The notes: generated from the sequence alone by a model not told the origin. DNA of 63,897 bases, filler included, from Perkinsus chesapeaki ATCC PRA-425 (GCA_013115145.1; 7 parts of 7 records of this genome joined end to end with filler, not necessarily neighbours in it); one strand, 5' to 3'. Counted from the whole stretch's first letter, positions 37,801 to 50,102 are shown. Translations and numbers: made by a program.

Positions 37801-38184
37801 TACCTCATTACAATCGACCATATCATCAGCAGAATTACCACAAACAGTAGAGATATATTGAACAGACACTCCAGATAATAAAATATCATCTTTACCCTCC
37901 TCAGATGACATCAACCCAATACATCCTTCCAACACCTTAGGTAAAATAAATTTATACCTAGGGTTATCCAATACATAACAATTCACATGACGCACCAATT
38001 CTGTTGTAATAGCAACAGGAACATCATAAATAATACCCAACACACCACAATTAGTACCGTCCACCATATTAACACCAATATCACAATGACAGATTACCAA
38101 GTCTTTTTTTTAGTCTTCTCCCTCTTGCCGGAGAAGATTCACCAAATCTCTCGCAATAAACACATCACTAGCACCAGTATCCAC
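34697..38184 (-). mobile_element. BEL/Pao-like pol (RT-RH-IN) with one stop and one frameshift; 5' end cut by the contig edge
   Basis: DLSKAFWQV, RVPFGTNFSP, YVDD, YADASE..SK..SIPLRELE, FSDSTIAL, NLADRLTR, H..H..CSIC, GLDLFGP, HDQG, WIER. Confidence 0.88.
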
Positions 38185-38284
38185 NNNNNNNNNNNNNNNN
38201 NNNNNNNNNNNNNNNNNNNNNNNNNNNNTTAATTAATTAANNNNNNNNNNNNNNNNNNNNNNNNNNNNNNNNNNNNNNNNNNNN
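38185..38284. other. Artificial contig spacer
   Basis: 44 N + TTAATTAATTAA + 44 N. Confidence 0.97.
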
Positions 38285-38424
38285 ACGCGTGTAAAACTAA
38301 GATAACTCGAGAGGAGCCAAGTTCTCAAGAATCCTCTAGAACCTACGCACGCCCACAATATGTTATCTCACGGCATTGACAGATTCACCCTAGTTTGGTC
38401 TGCCTTTGCTTCACGCTTCCTTCA

Positions 38425-38446
38425 TTCGGAAATTCCGAATCGGAAT
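38425..38446. repeat. 7-8-7 scar, 8-mer TTCGGAAT
   Basis: ttcggaa+attccgaa+tcggaat, perfect. Confidence 0.9.
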
Positions 38447-40349
38447 CCAACCGAGAGTATCTCGGCGACCTATGGCTCTAACGGAGCGATATTCCGTATG
38501 AACCTGCGCCGTGGGAAACCAAAAACATGGGAAAGAATTCTGAGGAAATTTCGCTGAATTGTGTTCGAGCGTTGCATTGTCTCCACCCGTAAAGGAGATT
38601 TCAGAATTCACCCGAGGTCCTCGGCTGGTTCGGCTCATCGGCCCGAGGAGAGCTAGAAAGTGTTCCAGCATTAGTATGGAACAATTACTGGTGATTAGTA
38701 AAGAATAGTAAGTCAGCAATTGAGAGATTTAGTATCACAGACTTGAGACAAGTAACTCGTGACTCCTTGCTGGCTCGATGAAGTAGGTTAGTTACATATT
38801 AATAATATGGTTGACCTAAATCCATTGGTAACGAGTATAATAACACCATTACCTCCGCTATTGGATGAACGCTTGAGGCATCCTTTCGGTTTACTAAACG
38901 ATCGGCCAGCTCCAACATACGTGATGATTTCCAACATTGAAAGTGATAGACGAATGGTGATTACCATTACAAGAAATGAAGTATCTTTACAGCTCAGGTC
39001 GAATCGTTAAATCGTTGTCATCAAATGCCGCCTTACATAGGATCGGCCGCTGCACCTTGTGATATCTCACCTCTATCGATGAACGACATGTCACGTCACA
39101 ATGATGAAGGTAAATAAATGGACTGTTATAATAATGATGAAGGATTCAGATGAGAATCCGGAACAGGATTTGGTCGCTGATTTGTCGCCTAATGGCCCGC
39201 CGTCGACTCGAAGGGCGGCGCGAAGAACTCCGAGAGAACGACCTTCGGTGAGATTCTGTCAAAATCATTGATAATTTGATAACATGACATTGACGTTAAT
39301 AATATAAACCTCAGAATCATTCTGAGGCTCATCTTATTAATGGATGTTTTCAGCTCGCTGTTTGTTTTTACTGCCCATCAGTATTGAAGTATACGCACGT
39401 GCTCGCATGGGCGAGGATTGAAAATTTTGCGAGGGGCTCTCACTGCAGGATTCTGGCGGTGGTTGATATTGACGTGTTCTAGCACCAGTCGAAAGTACCT
39501 ATGGCGAATAGAAAACTACAGAGCTCCACCGTGGAGAACGAACGAAAGCTCCAAGACTAAATCAGTATCGCTGATGTCTGAAACTCACAGTTAATTCTTG
39601 TCAGTTCCATAAGAGCTAATTCTGTACACTCGCACGAGTAATGTTGCATCCGAGGTTTGATGAATTCCTATTGGCAGATTGCTCAAAGCCTCGACTTCAC
39701 CGCTGCTGTGATGCCTGTTGTCCCAGACGACGATATGACGTTGGACGAGAGAGCGCAAGCCGATGAAGCTGTTGAGGATTCAAACTCATCTCATTCAGAA
39801 ATAGGTTGATAACACTTAAGCTGTAGATGGTGAATCCTTCATTATAGGGTTGGCAATCGACATGCAAGAAGTTTCTCGCGTATTGGAGAGCGGCTCAAAT
39901 GTTGATTCTCAAGAAGATAATGAAAGATATGATTTCAGCATGGATACTTAAGATACTTTCCTACTCTGATGCTGTTGTATTAATAGAAAAGCCAACACCA
40001 TCACCTTGTAAATGATGCTTGCGAAGTATCTATCTTAACACCATGCACTTGCTACAGTACTGATAAAACACGAAACTTGCTTGATAGGCCACCACTCCCG
40101 TTTTAGGCATCTTGTAATTAGTAGCATCATTGCGCTCAAGGCAGAAGAATTGTGTACTAAAGCTACGGATATCGTCACCAAGGCTGATGTATTATTTGCG
40201 TGTTTGTTCCTCCTAGAATAATTACGAATATTTCCCTTCATCTGCTAACATTAGTGGGCTGAACGAAACAACAATAACAACATGTGACTCGAAATTATAA
40301 CATTACTTTCTACAATACTAGAATTCATTAAATAGAGTTTTAAACTCTA

Positions 40350-41668
40350 ATAATAACTCTCGATAATATCGACTGGTGACTTCCCTCAGCTTGAGGCTGT
40401 AATCGCCCTATCGCAATAGTTATACACTTTCATGGGCAAATCTAACAAAGAAATTGAATTATTCAAACAGATATCCATGGAGGAAATCAGTAATGATGCA
40501 GAAAGTATGTTGCCCGTATCGGTCACTTCAACACTTGCTCATCAGGTAATAAGTCTCCCGACAGATTCCTTAAATTAGTGGAGGCAGGGGGTACACGCTG
40601 GCTGTCGCATAATAATAGCCTAGAAAGACTGATAAGAGTGTATGTCCGACTCGTCAAAGTACTCGACCGAATAGCAGACTCTGACTTCGATATGACGGAT
40701 AGGTCTCGTGCAGAATACTTGCTGGCGAAGATGCTAAGCAAGGACACCGTTCTCTCTCTAACACTCCTTTCGAAGGTCCTCTCAGAACTAGCCCTGATGA
40801 CAAAAGCATTTCAGTCTCCATCGTGGACGCTGGATCGCGCCATTGAGCTCACAACTGATGTTATTCACAGGCTAGACTCTAGCCTCTAGCCGCTAGAGGC
40901 TGTGTCGGATTCAGAGTTATCTTTCGAGAGCAGCCAGCGAGCGGTCGCGCTTCTTGAAGATCTAGAAAAAGCCGACTTCGAGCTAGCCGACCAACCAAGG
41001 AAACCCCGTGCCTGCCGGAAAAAACGGGAGAGAGACTTGTCACCATCACACAGTATGAAGGAGTTCATCATGGCATTAGTAGCCGAGCTGAGACGCCGGT
41101 TCAGCGACGACACTAAACTGGTGGCGTACTTAGAGGTATTCAACCATCCGGCGTGGGTTCCTCGAATACCTACAGTTTCAGCTAGATTTGGTTTCGATAA
41201 ATTCCAACTGTGCTGGAGGCTCGAAACCTTAAGCAACACATAGAACTCACCGAGTCTCTCCGCCAAGCGGCCTCTCCCCCAGAGAGTGTCGCCGCTAAGG
41301 CAGATCATAAGAAAAAATTTTGGCTTGCTTTCTGTTCGGATAGTTATACTAGAACGATGTATCCGGAGCATGCCAAAGTTGCAGCTTTTTTGCTCACATC
41401 ACCGATCAGCTCGAGCAGTGTAGAGAGAGCTATCAGCTACTTCACAAGGATTGACAGTAGTCTCCGTGCAGCAGTGTCGGCTGAGAGAGTATGTACCTTG
41501 ATGAGGCTCTCTATGCAAGCTCCGAAGTTCCCATCTTTATCGACAATGACCTGGCCGCCCGAGGCAAGAGATGTATCAGAGAGCCCCGATGAGGCGGCTC
41601 TTGATGGTTTTATCGACGAGGTCTGCCAAATGTGGTTTGAGAGTCCCCGAAGGATTCTGCCAACATGA
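40350..41668 (+). mobile_element. hAT-superfamily transposase remnant (may extend upstream)
   Basis: KLVEAGGTRWLSH, KVLSELALMTKAFQ, and a C-terminal dimerisation domain YPEHAKVAAFLLTSPISSSSVERAIS..SLRAAVSAERVCTLM. Broken by stops and a frameshift. Confidence 0.78.
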
Positions 41669-41817
41669 CGAACCATTCTGCGGCAGAACTTCTGCCGATT
41701 TACCGAGGCTTTTTCACCGTTCGTTCGTTGAGCTACACGTTTCGGCCTGTAAGCTGGTTGTTGAGCTTCGTAGTAGAATGCATTTTAGAGTCAGATTCCG
41801 GATACCTCGGAGGTGTG

Positions 41818-41839
41818 ACTCACTTAGTGAGTCTCACTA
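41818..41839. repeat. 7-8-7 scar, 8-mer ACTCACTA
   Basis: actcact+tagtgagt+ctcacta, perfect; a one-mismatch scar follows at 41851-41872. Confidence 0.9.
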
Positions 41840-41905
41840 GTAGGTCGATGCCTCGATTATCGAGGCTCGATCGATACAGGCTTGAATCAATACTCTTGAT
41901 TTTAA

Positions 41906-42005
41906 NNNNNNNNNNNNNNNNNNNNNNNNNNNNNNNNNNNNNNNNNNNNTTAATTAATTAANNNNNNNNNNNNNNNNNNNNNNNNNNNNNNNNNNNNNNN
42001 NNNNN
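41906..42005. other. Artificial contig spacer
   Basis: 44 N + TTAATTAATTAA + 44 N. Confidence 0.97.
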
Positions 42006-42012
42006 TGACTAT

Positions 42013-42867
42013 GTGCGTGGTCTGTTCGAGCCGTACCCTCACCTACGATTCAGTGTGGTTAACCGAATTCTGACTTCTCTAAAGGGGGTCGGCGATGTTC
42101 ATTCGCTAGCCAGCTCTACCGCCGAGCAGCAGAATCATGGTTGGGCCCCTATCCGCCAGGTACTGCTGTCGACATTCGCCAAGAGAGAAACCCTCCTGAT
42201 CGAATTACGTGGGATGGTTGGTGCGTTGAAGTACAGCACAATCGACAAGTTCTGCGCCGATGCACGGAAGGTCTATGCTATGATCGTTCGCTTGTTTGGT
42301 GCCGATAACCAGTATGAGATCCGAGGATTTGTGGAGTCTCTTGTGGCACGGTTGCCGCCTAGCCGAGCATCGGCCTTGATATCCGAGATCCACAATACGG
42401 CCCACCGCCAGTCCTATACTCCTGACTGGCCCTTGGTGCTTCCTTTTGATGGTGCTCACGCGTCCGTCCTGGGTATCCTCAACCGCTTGGAACGTCAAGA
42501 AGTTGCTGCTCGAGCTTTGACGGGCAAGGCGATTAGTGCTGGTGCGGAAGTCGCGGTTGCATTCTCTTCGGCGAAAGCGACCAAGGCGGGACCGACGGCC
42601 GCCAATGGTGGCGCTCCGGGTGTAGCGGTGCGCGAGTGGTGCGCCCGGTACCCGGCCGATTCGCTCATCAAGGTGTTCGGCTTATGGGGAGACGCGCTCC
42701 GACAGAAGATCCCCGATATGGTTGATAACTTCGCGATGCGTGGGCGTAAGCGAAAGTTCCCTTTATTCCGTATCGTGGCACTACCTCAAGGATGTGACCG
42801 GGAGGTGCTGATCGAGAAGCTCAGGGACGCGGGAGTGCGTGCCGAGGTCTTTACCCCTTTTGCTTGA
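42013..42867 (+). CDS. gag-like ORF (5' truncated, no CCHC knuckle)
   Basis: 284 aa ORF directly upstream of and overlapping pol. Confidence 0.7.
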   Translation: MRGLFEPYPHLRFSVVNRILTSLKGVGDVHSLASSTAEQQNHGWAPIRQVLLSTFAKRETLLIELRGMVGALKYSTIDKFCADARKVYAMIVRLFGADNQYEIRGFVESLVARLPPSRASALISEIHNTAHRQSYTPDWPLVLPFDGAHASVLGILNRLERQEVAARALTGKAISAGAEVAVAFSSAKATKAGPTAANGGAPGVAVREWCARYPADSLIKVFGLWGDALRQKIPDMVDNFAMRGRKRKFPLFRIVALPQGCDREVLIEKLRDAGVRAEVFTPFA

Positions 42868-45800
42868 GCCCCGAGCAAGGCCAGAAACTGCTCACTACTT
42901 CGGTACGTCCTGAGCAAGACGATAAACTACTCACCATGACGGGTAGTGCCCCGGATAGGGACATATGCGACCTTCGTTCTTTGCCTGTGGTACATCAAGG
43001 CTCGCCTGTTCCTACCGCTCTGTGGCTCCGATGTTCAGTGCGAGGAAACTGTGGGGCTACCAGGGTTGTTCCAGCCCTGGTTGATACCGGCGCAGGCCTT
43101 AACTTCTGTGTAACCCCTACTGGTGCCTCCCCCTTTGATGCCATCGAGCGAGGTTCATGTTCTATTCCCATACGTTTAGCAGACGGCTCGGTTCGCAAGG
43201 TAGCCGAATGGGTGCGTCTGGCGGTATCGGTGCATTTGGGTGACGGCTCTTTAACTCCGGCGGTGGCACACTGCTTTTATGTTCTTGATGGTCCTGGACT
43301 TGCTCCCCTACGAGGTGATCCGGTGCTCATAGCCGGGAGGCGAATGTTGACCGATCTCAAGATATCCGTGTTATCCGACCCGCTGAGGGTACTACTTGGT
43401 GGAAGAGACGTGTTGTACCATGACCGTGCGAACGACGTCAGCCTTGTCGAGGAGTCCCGCCTTGCCTTGACCGCCGACCCGCAGGCCTTGGACGCGACAG
43501 AGCCACCCGCTAATGGGCATCGCGTTCTCGAACCATCGGAGGCCGACTCTGTCCACATCCCGTTTAATGATGTACCTGTGATCTGTCAGCGCTTGCTGGA
43601 CGACCTTGTTGCTCGGTCGTGGCAGCCAATGCGCAATTGTCCGGGCTGGGAGGCTAGGCTCAGACCCCTTCTGTCGGAAGAGCTATCCGACAATGCGGCC
43701 CAAACGCATGTGTTCGAGCTACGGTGTAATACCGTCAGGGGAGGGAATCTCCCCGTGGTATCACCGACTTCTCGAAGGATATCACTACAGGCATACGAGC
43801 GCCTCAATGAAGTTGAGCGAGCGGCCTTCGACAAGCTGGTTGCTGGTTATGAACAGCGTCAATGGTGGGTGGAGTGCGACGACAGGAAGCTACGGATCTT
43901 GGCTGGTCGAGAGTATGTGCTGGACCCGTCGATAGTCTTCATGGTCCCTGCGGCTCCCCGACGCAAAGCTCGTCTTGTTGTAGATTTGCGGAAAGCAAAT
44001 CAGCGACTCAGAAAGGGAAGTAGCCCGTCCATTGATGTCTCAACTTGTATAGCGGCCGCGAGGCTGCACTCCTCGTCATGCTTGTTACTGTTAGATGCTT
44101 GCCAAGCCTTCTATAAGCTGCGATGGCTCAACATGAAGGCCCTACTGCTGGTCCGTGGGCAGCTGTATCTCTCGGACCGATGTGTGTTCGGCATCAGCAC
44201 AGGTCCGGGAAGCCTGTCGCATACCTTAGGAGCGGTGGCCGAAGCCTTCCGTCGTGTTTGCAGCAACGACTACCATCTCTTCTTGAACGACTTCGCCGAC
44301 GATCTGTTATGCGCAGGAGAAGATGCGGCCAAGGCTGTATGTTGGCTAATATATACTATGACGAGGTGTGGGTTCACCGTTGGTATCTCTAAGTTTCAGC
44401 CAATGGCAACGGCCAGAATGAAGCTCTTGGTCATGTCCGTTCTCCACAAGCTCGGCCTTCCGGAGGACTTGTTCGTGTGGCAGGACTCGGTTAACCTTCT
44501 GGGTTGTACGCTTTCTTACGACTACTCTGACGAGGAGGGGTCTCTGGTTGTTGCATGTGAACGGCATGAACGGNNNNNNNNNNNNNNNNNNNNNNNNNNN
44601 NNNNNNNNNNNNNNNNNNNNNNNNNNNNNNNNNNNNNNNNNNNNNNNNNNNNNNNNNNNNNNNNNNNNGCCATGAACGGTTGCGATCGGCCAGGACTCAG
44701 GCTAGGCAGCTCCTGGTAGCCCTCGACAACATGGAGGTGCAGGATAAGGGTATCACTAAGTCCTTCATATTCTCGTGTGGGGGTAATCTAGCATATGATA
44801 GCTGTGGCGTACATGCGGAAGAACGTGCGGTGGCAGCCGCTATCCGCAGTTGCTTTGCCAAGGTCTACGCGAAGATTGGTTGGCGCTCCCCATGTGATCT
44901 AAGGTTACTTGATGAACCACGTCGCGCAGCTGTTCGAGCTCTAGCGGAATGGATTCTGGAGTTGACCACGGATGCTATCCTATCCAAACCCTGCGCACAC
45001 CACACTCCTGTCCGGCACGACTTGGACCGCATTACCCTGGAAGTGGTATCCGACGCCTCAGCCACTGGCGCTGGCTATGTTATATCTCTGGTTGGGAGGA
45101 ACGGAGCCCGGCATGTCCTTGTAAATGGTGCGTGGCGCTTCACGGCAGCTCAAAGAGTATACCACAGCAATCGAAGAGAGCTGGCAGTATGCTGTCGAGC
45201 GGTGCAAGCGGCGGCTGATCTGCTGAGTCATTTCGCATCGAAGAGCTCCCACATTCCGCCGGTTCGATTGGTTGTGCGTTCAGATAACCGACCTACGGTC
45301 GCCTGGCTCCAAGGCGAAGGCGGGGTGTCACGATCATCTCTGGAACGTCGAGCAGTTTTGCGAACGCTGAACGCGCTTAAGGACGAGCTGGATTTTCTAA
45401 GGTCACTCTGCCGGTCCGGTCCCGAGAAGGGGATCGTTATTGAGCATATTTCCGGCGTCGCCAACTCTGAGGCCGACGGTCTGTCCCGTATCTTCGAGAA
45501 GATGGTCCCTCTACCCAGCGGTAAGAAGATCAGCCTGGCCGACGCACTCCTAGGAGGAGTCGATATCCTACCGGACGCCGCAGAGTATCCGGACATCTTC
45601 CAGGAACCTGATGGTGTCGGGCAAGGACTATCCTGGGTTATGAGAGAGGCAGATGAGAGAGTGCTCCACGAGGTGGACGTATTCCAGCTTCTTTGTGTCT
45701 TGGCTCCAGGACCATCTCCACGCCATGAGGCAGCCGGCCTAGAACTACTTGCGACTCCGGAGGGCCAGGGCAAGCCGGAGCCTATCGTGACGACTTTGTG

Positions 45801-47253
45801 TCACCGCAACTGGGACGTCGAAGGCGTTCAGGCTGACTTTGAGTTCCTTCGTCGAGTCTTCCGGGCAATGAGGCCCAAACACCGTCTTAGACGGGTGTTC
45901 CGAGCTCTGCGACCAGAGAGGATTATCATAGAGGAGAGCAGGACCAGTCTTCTGCGAGCTTTGCAGCAAGATTTTGATCCTATTCAGCTGAAGGCGACAG
46001 GCCCCTACGTTCTGGACGAGCATGGTATCTATTGCTTCCGGAATGGAAGCCCCGATGGCGGACATGTGCTTCTACCTCTGCTACCTGCGAATGATACGAG
46101 ATGCGCCCCGTACAGGCGCAAGCTTCTGTTGGATTCACACCGAAGGTCGGCTCATGGTGGTCTTGGTTCCACAATGTCCAGGATAAGCTACTCTTTTTAC
46201 ATACCGGGCTTGCGGTGCGAATGTAAGAAGCTTATTAAGTACTGTTATTGCTGTCAGTTGCAGCGCGCTCGCCGGACGTGGCAGCAGCTGCCGGGCCTGG
46301 GAGATTCCAAGAAGGAACAGCTGAACTGGGAACCCTATCACGACGTCTACATTGACTTCTTGCACCTTGGTGAGGTCCGCGGTTATGATGGTCCGACTAC
46401 TATCCTGACGGTTTATTGTCTGGCAACAGGGCATTCCTGCTGGGTCCCCTGTGCAGAAACACAAGAGGCGGTACTACGTGGACTCCGGCGAGTTCAAGCG
46501 CAAGAAGGAGGCCTCGCCATTATACGATGTGACCAAGCGAGTTACTTTCGGTCGAGCAAGTTTGAAGAGGAAGTCTCCCGCCAGTTAGGCGGTCAAGTTA
46601 TGTTGATGAAAGCTCGGTCTCCCTGGCTGAGTGGAGGCGGCGAGCGACTCCATGCTTTAGGGCTTCGCATTGCTCGAGTGCTGCTCCGAGGTCAAACCGG
46701 GACGAGTGCCGGTCCCGGACGCCGTCGTCGTCGTAAGGCAGATGGTTCTGTCGACCTGGAGGAGATTTGCCGGGAGGTCACCCTACTGTTGAACACCAGA
46801 CCACTTGACTTCGCCAATGCGGAAGATACCTCTGGCGAGCTTTTCGTGGTTACCCCCGATCTGTTGGCGCGAGGGTTTACTCGCAAAACGGGGTGCCTAG
46901 CGTTAGCTTCGTCCAGCGCACCTATTGCTTCAAGAATACGAGCCGTGAGGACTTTTTTCTTGGCACGTGTATTTGGTAACATGCGCCAAGCGGTAGCGAA
47001 GTCTTTTGGTTACAAGACAGCCCGAGGTAGGCCACTGAACTTGAGCATTGGTGACCCGGTACTGGTCTATCGACCTGGTAAAAAGGTTTCTCCTGGTTTT
47101 CGTATGGGGCGTGTGACCTCGGTAACAACAAGCCAGCGCTCGGTTACGGTTCGCCTGAACGATGGTTCCGAGGCCCTCCAGCACCACTACAACGTCGTTA
47201 AGTTGCTGAAAGACCCTGCCCTGTCGCAGCAGGGAGGGCGTGATGAGATTTGA
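42864..47253 (+). CDS. pol polyprotein PR-RT-RH-IN
   Basis: LVDTGAG, LLDACQAF, CVFG, DFADD, SDASATGAG..RRELAV..SDN..EADGLSR, H..H..CYCC, IDF..CDQ..ER. Confidence 0.9.
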
Positions 47254-47312
47254 TGAGAAAGCTAGTTGTTCTCTAGGAGACTGCTGCACGCGACACGGAG
47301 CGCCGTGACGCT

Positions 47313-47412
47313 NNNNNNNNNNNNNNNNNNNNNNNNNNNNNNNNNNNNNNNNNNNNTTAATTAATTAANNNNNNNNNNNNNNNNNNNNNNNNNNNNNNNN
47401 NNNNNNNNNNNN
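47313..47412. other. Artificial contig spacer
   Basis: 44 N + TTAATTAATTAA + 44 N. Confidence 0.97.
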
Positions 47413-47610
47413 TATCATCAGCCAGATCGAAACTCTTGAATAATAGAGGCCTTCCGCCAGTTCAGCTCCCAAAAATTTCTTTCCAGTAGAGTACACTTGA
47501 TCAGATGAACCAATCAACCATAATACTTACAGTATCAGTAGCACAAATAGTAGCAGCAGCAGTAGTAGTGGTAGTATTCAGCAGTATCTATTTCCTCATC
47601 CACAATATAA

Positions 47611-47810
47611 AAGGGGTTACATAATAGCATAAAAACGAGACATTACTAACAATAGTACAGAATAGATGTTTGCTAACATAGAAGGGTTACATAATAGCAT
47701 AAAAAATTAGACATTACTAACAATAGTACAGACTAGATGTTTGCTAACATAGAAGGGTTACATAATAGCATAAAAAATTAGACATTACTAACAATAGTAC
47801 AGACTAGATG
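47611..47810. repeat. ~71-bp tandem repeat, about 2.8 copies
   Basis: Unit aagggttacataatagcataaaaaattagacattactaacaatagtacagactagatgtttgctaacatag starting near 47612, 47682 and 47753. Confidence 0.9.
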
Positions 47811-47812
47811 TA

Positions 47813-49096
47813 TTTTCTTTTCTTTTCTTTTCTTTTCTTTTCTTTTCTTTTCTTTTCTTTTCTTTTCTTTTCTTTTCTTTTCTTTTGTTGGTCGATGCCT
47901 CTAAGACTAGAATATAGGATTAGCTTTCTAGTCCCTAGCTGACAAGTCTGATGCAGTCCACTCCGGACACACTTTACGAAGAAAGACCCTCAATTTCCTC
48001 AGCTTTGTTTTATTCATTAGGATATCCTTCAGAAGTATCATTCCCAATTGATGTCTATCATCATACTTGGTTCGAATTCTCGCATATCGACCCCACAGCT
48101 TCGCTCGTATATTTTCAAGGAATCTACTCGGGCACCGCAGGAAATGTATTACAGTTTCATCATAGGAACCGCAGTATCTGCATTTAGCCACAGGAGATAG
48201 TCCACAATTATACAGAAACTTTCGAGTGGGGCTATGTCCTGTCATCATCTCCATAAATTTTCGTCTATCAGGCTGCTCCCACTCTCTTATTCCATTCATG
48301 ATCTTTCGTACTTGCTTCCTCCCTAGTGACAATCCGAGTTTTGCAATAAAAAGATTCCTTTTCAATGACCTCCATATTTCATGGTCCCTGGCTTCAGAGA
48401 ACGATATGATCTCCCTCCGAGTGTATGCTGCTCATGCCCTTATTCTGTCTGGAGCCATTCTCTCGCAACTTCTCGCAAGGTTAGCACAGATGTCAGCACA
48501 CTCGTTCTCAATGCAACCCGAGTGACCTTTTATCCAGATAACTCTAACAATTACTTTACGCATACGCATCTCTTGATGTATCCAGTATACTAGTTCATTC
48601 GCCGTCTCCTTCTGAAGCTTCCGAATCACACTTTGAGAGTCTACATTCAAAACTATCTCCTTAATATTCACATGGTCTTCTTCGTTAAACCATTCTAGTG
48701 CATACAGTATGCCACATAGTGCTGCCTGTGTTATTGAGCAGAAATTTGGCAAGCGATAGCCTCTGTATGAATATCGCCCTTTATCACAAGGCTTTCTATC
48801 AGCATCTGTTACTCTTACTATTCCACAGCCCACACTCGACCCTATCCCTCCGCGGTGTGCCACGGATCCATCCGTATAATAAACCACCTTCCTTACACAC
48901 TGATCAACGCTCAGTTTAGGACGCCCATCTCCAATTTATGTTATCAGATTCCTCGGAAATTCCATTACTGACGTCAACTGCTCCCTGGCGACTGACATGT
49001 CCACTCCCCACAACTTCAAGCATTTCGCTTCCCTGTTATTCACACGGGTGGCTGTGTGTAGCCATCTTTTTGCACACCTTTCTGCTGCTCTATCCC
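47813..49096 (-). mobile_element. 3' end of a non-LTR retrotransposon (RNase H, C-terminal CCHC finger, (AAAAG)n tail), degenerate
   Basis: YYTDGS..NVDSQS..WIKGHSGCIENECAD; GH..CRYCGSYDETVIHFLRCP; pentanucleotide tail 47813-47886 about 40 nt past the stop. Confidence 0.85.
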
Positions 49097-49196
49097 NNNN
49101 NNNNNNNNNNNNNNNNNNNNNNNNNNNNNNNNNNNNNNNNTTAATTAATTAANNNNNNNNNNNNNNNNNNNNNNNNNNNNNNNNNNNNNNNNNNNN
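49097..49196. other. Artificial contig spacer
   Basis: 44 N + TTAATTAATTAA + 44 N. Confidence 0.97.
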
Positions 49197-49657
49197 CGGG
49201 CACCCGAATCAATTAGAACTTGAACACGAGCCCCGGGCCCTGACTGCCTTAGAATCACATCAATCGTGGGATCTCCTGACGTAATCTCATTTAACCTGAT
49301 GATTTCATCATCAGCGTATCGCAGAGTGGCTATCTTCTCAAACTTCGGGTTACTAGTAGCCTGAGAGTTGGGATCATTGGGAGGAGATGAAGTGCACGAA
49401 CCATTACCAGAATTGGATGTCGTTGTTGAGGGTGCGCATGGCTGACCATTAGCAGTTGAGTCGTTCTCTTCTGGTGATACCAAACCTTTACGTACTAGCC
49501 ATTGGAGACGTGCTGGACAGTCTCGTTTGATATGGCCAAACTTGTGACAAAAGTAACACTGCCTAGAATCTCTACTCGAGGTAGCCGAAGACTGACCATT
49601 CCCATTCGCCAATATGGATAAAAGCTGCTCAATCCCTGAGCTATCAATAATCTTGAC

Positions 49658-49679
49658 CTTATCAATGATAAGTTATCAT
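49658..49679. repeat. 7-8-7 scar, 8-mer CTTATCAT
   Basis: cttatca+atgataag+ttatcat, perfect. Confidence 0.92.
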
Positions 49680-50080
49680 TAGATTTCTCCAATGGGTCGG
49701 GCCTAATACCATAATTACGATCTTCCGAATAGCTTAGATCTTTAGCAAGAGCCTCTACAGATCGATAGTGAGCATAAGTTTTGACTACCTTCTTGTAGTC
49801 ACCCCGTAGACCATCAATAAAACGTTTAAGAATCTCGGACTCGCTGAGGTTAATGTCGATGCATCTACCAGCGCTCACCATCTTCTTTACACGCTTATGA
49901 TAACTTGTTATCCTTTCAGCAGAACCTTGCTTTAGACCATCAAAACGTTCTCGCCAGCGTACTGGATCGTCAGTAGCTTGATACTTTTCGATCATAAATC
50001 TCTTAGTCATGCTCAGCTTAGTTACGATATCCACTTTCGGAGCCATAGACCTTTCCAGGAAGTCAAATATGTCAGATAAC

Positions 50081-50102
50081 ACTCCAGGCTGGAGTCTCCA
50101 GC
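50081..50102. repeat. 7-8-7 scar, 8-mer ACTCCAGC
   Basis: actccag+gctggagt+ctccagc, perfect. Confidence 0.92.

Larger units (their letters stand above)
42006..47312 (+). mobile_element. Apparently intact LTR retrotransposon: gag-like ORF, -1 frame pol, PPT and start of the 3' LTR
   Basis: Long open frames; AGGGAGGGCG (47231-47240) followed by TG. GCATGAACGG on both sides of the N gap (44574-44668) suggests pol is continuous. Confidence 0.88.
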
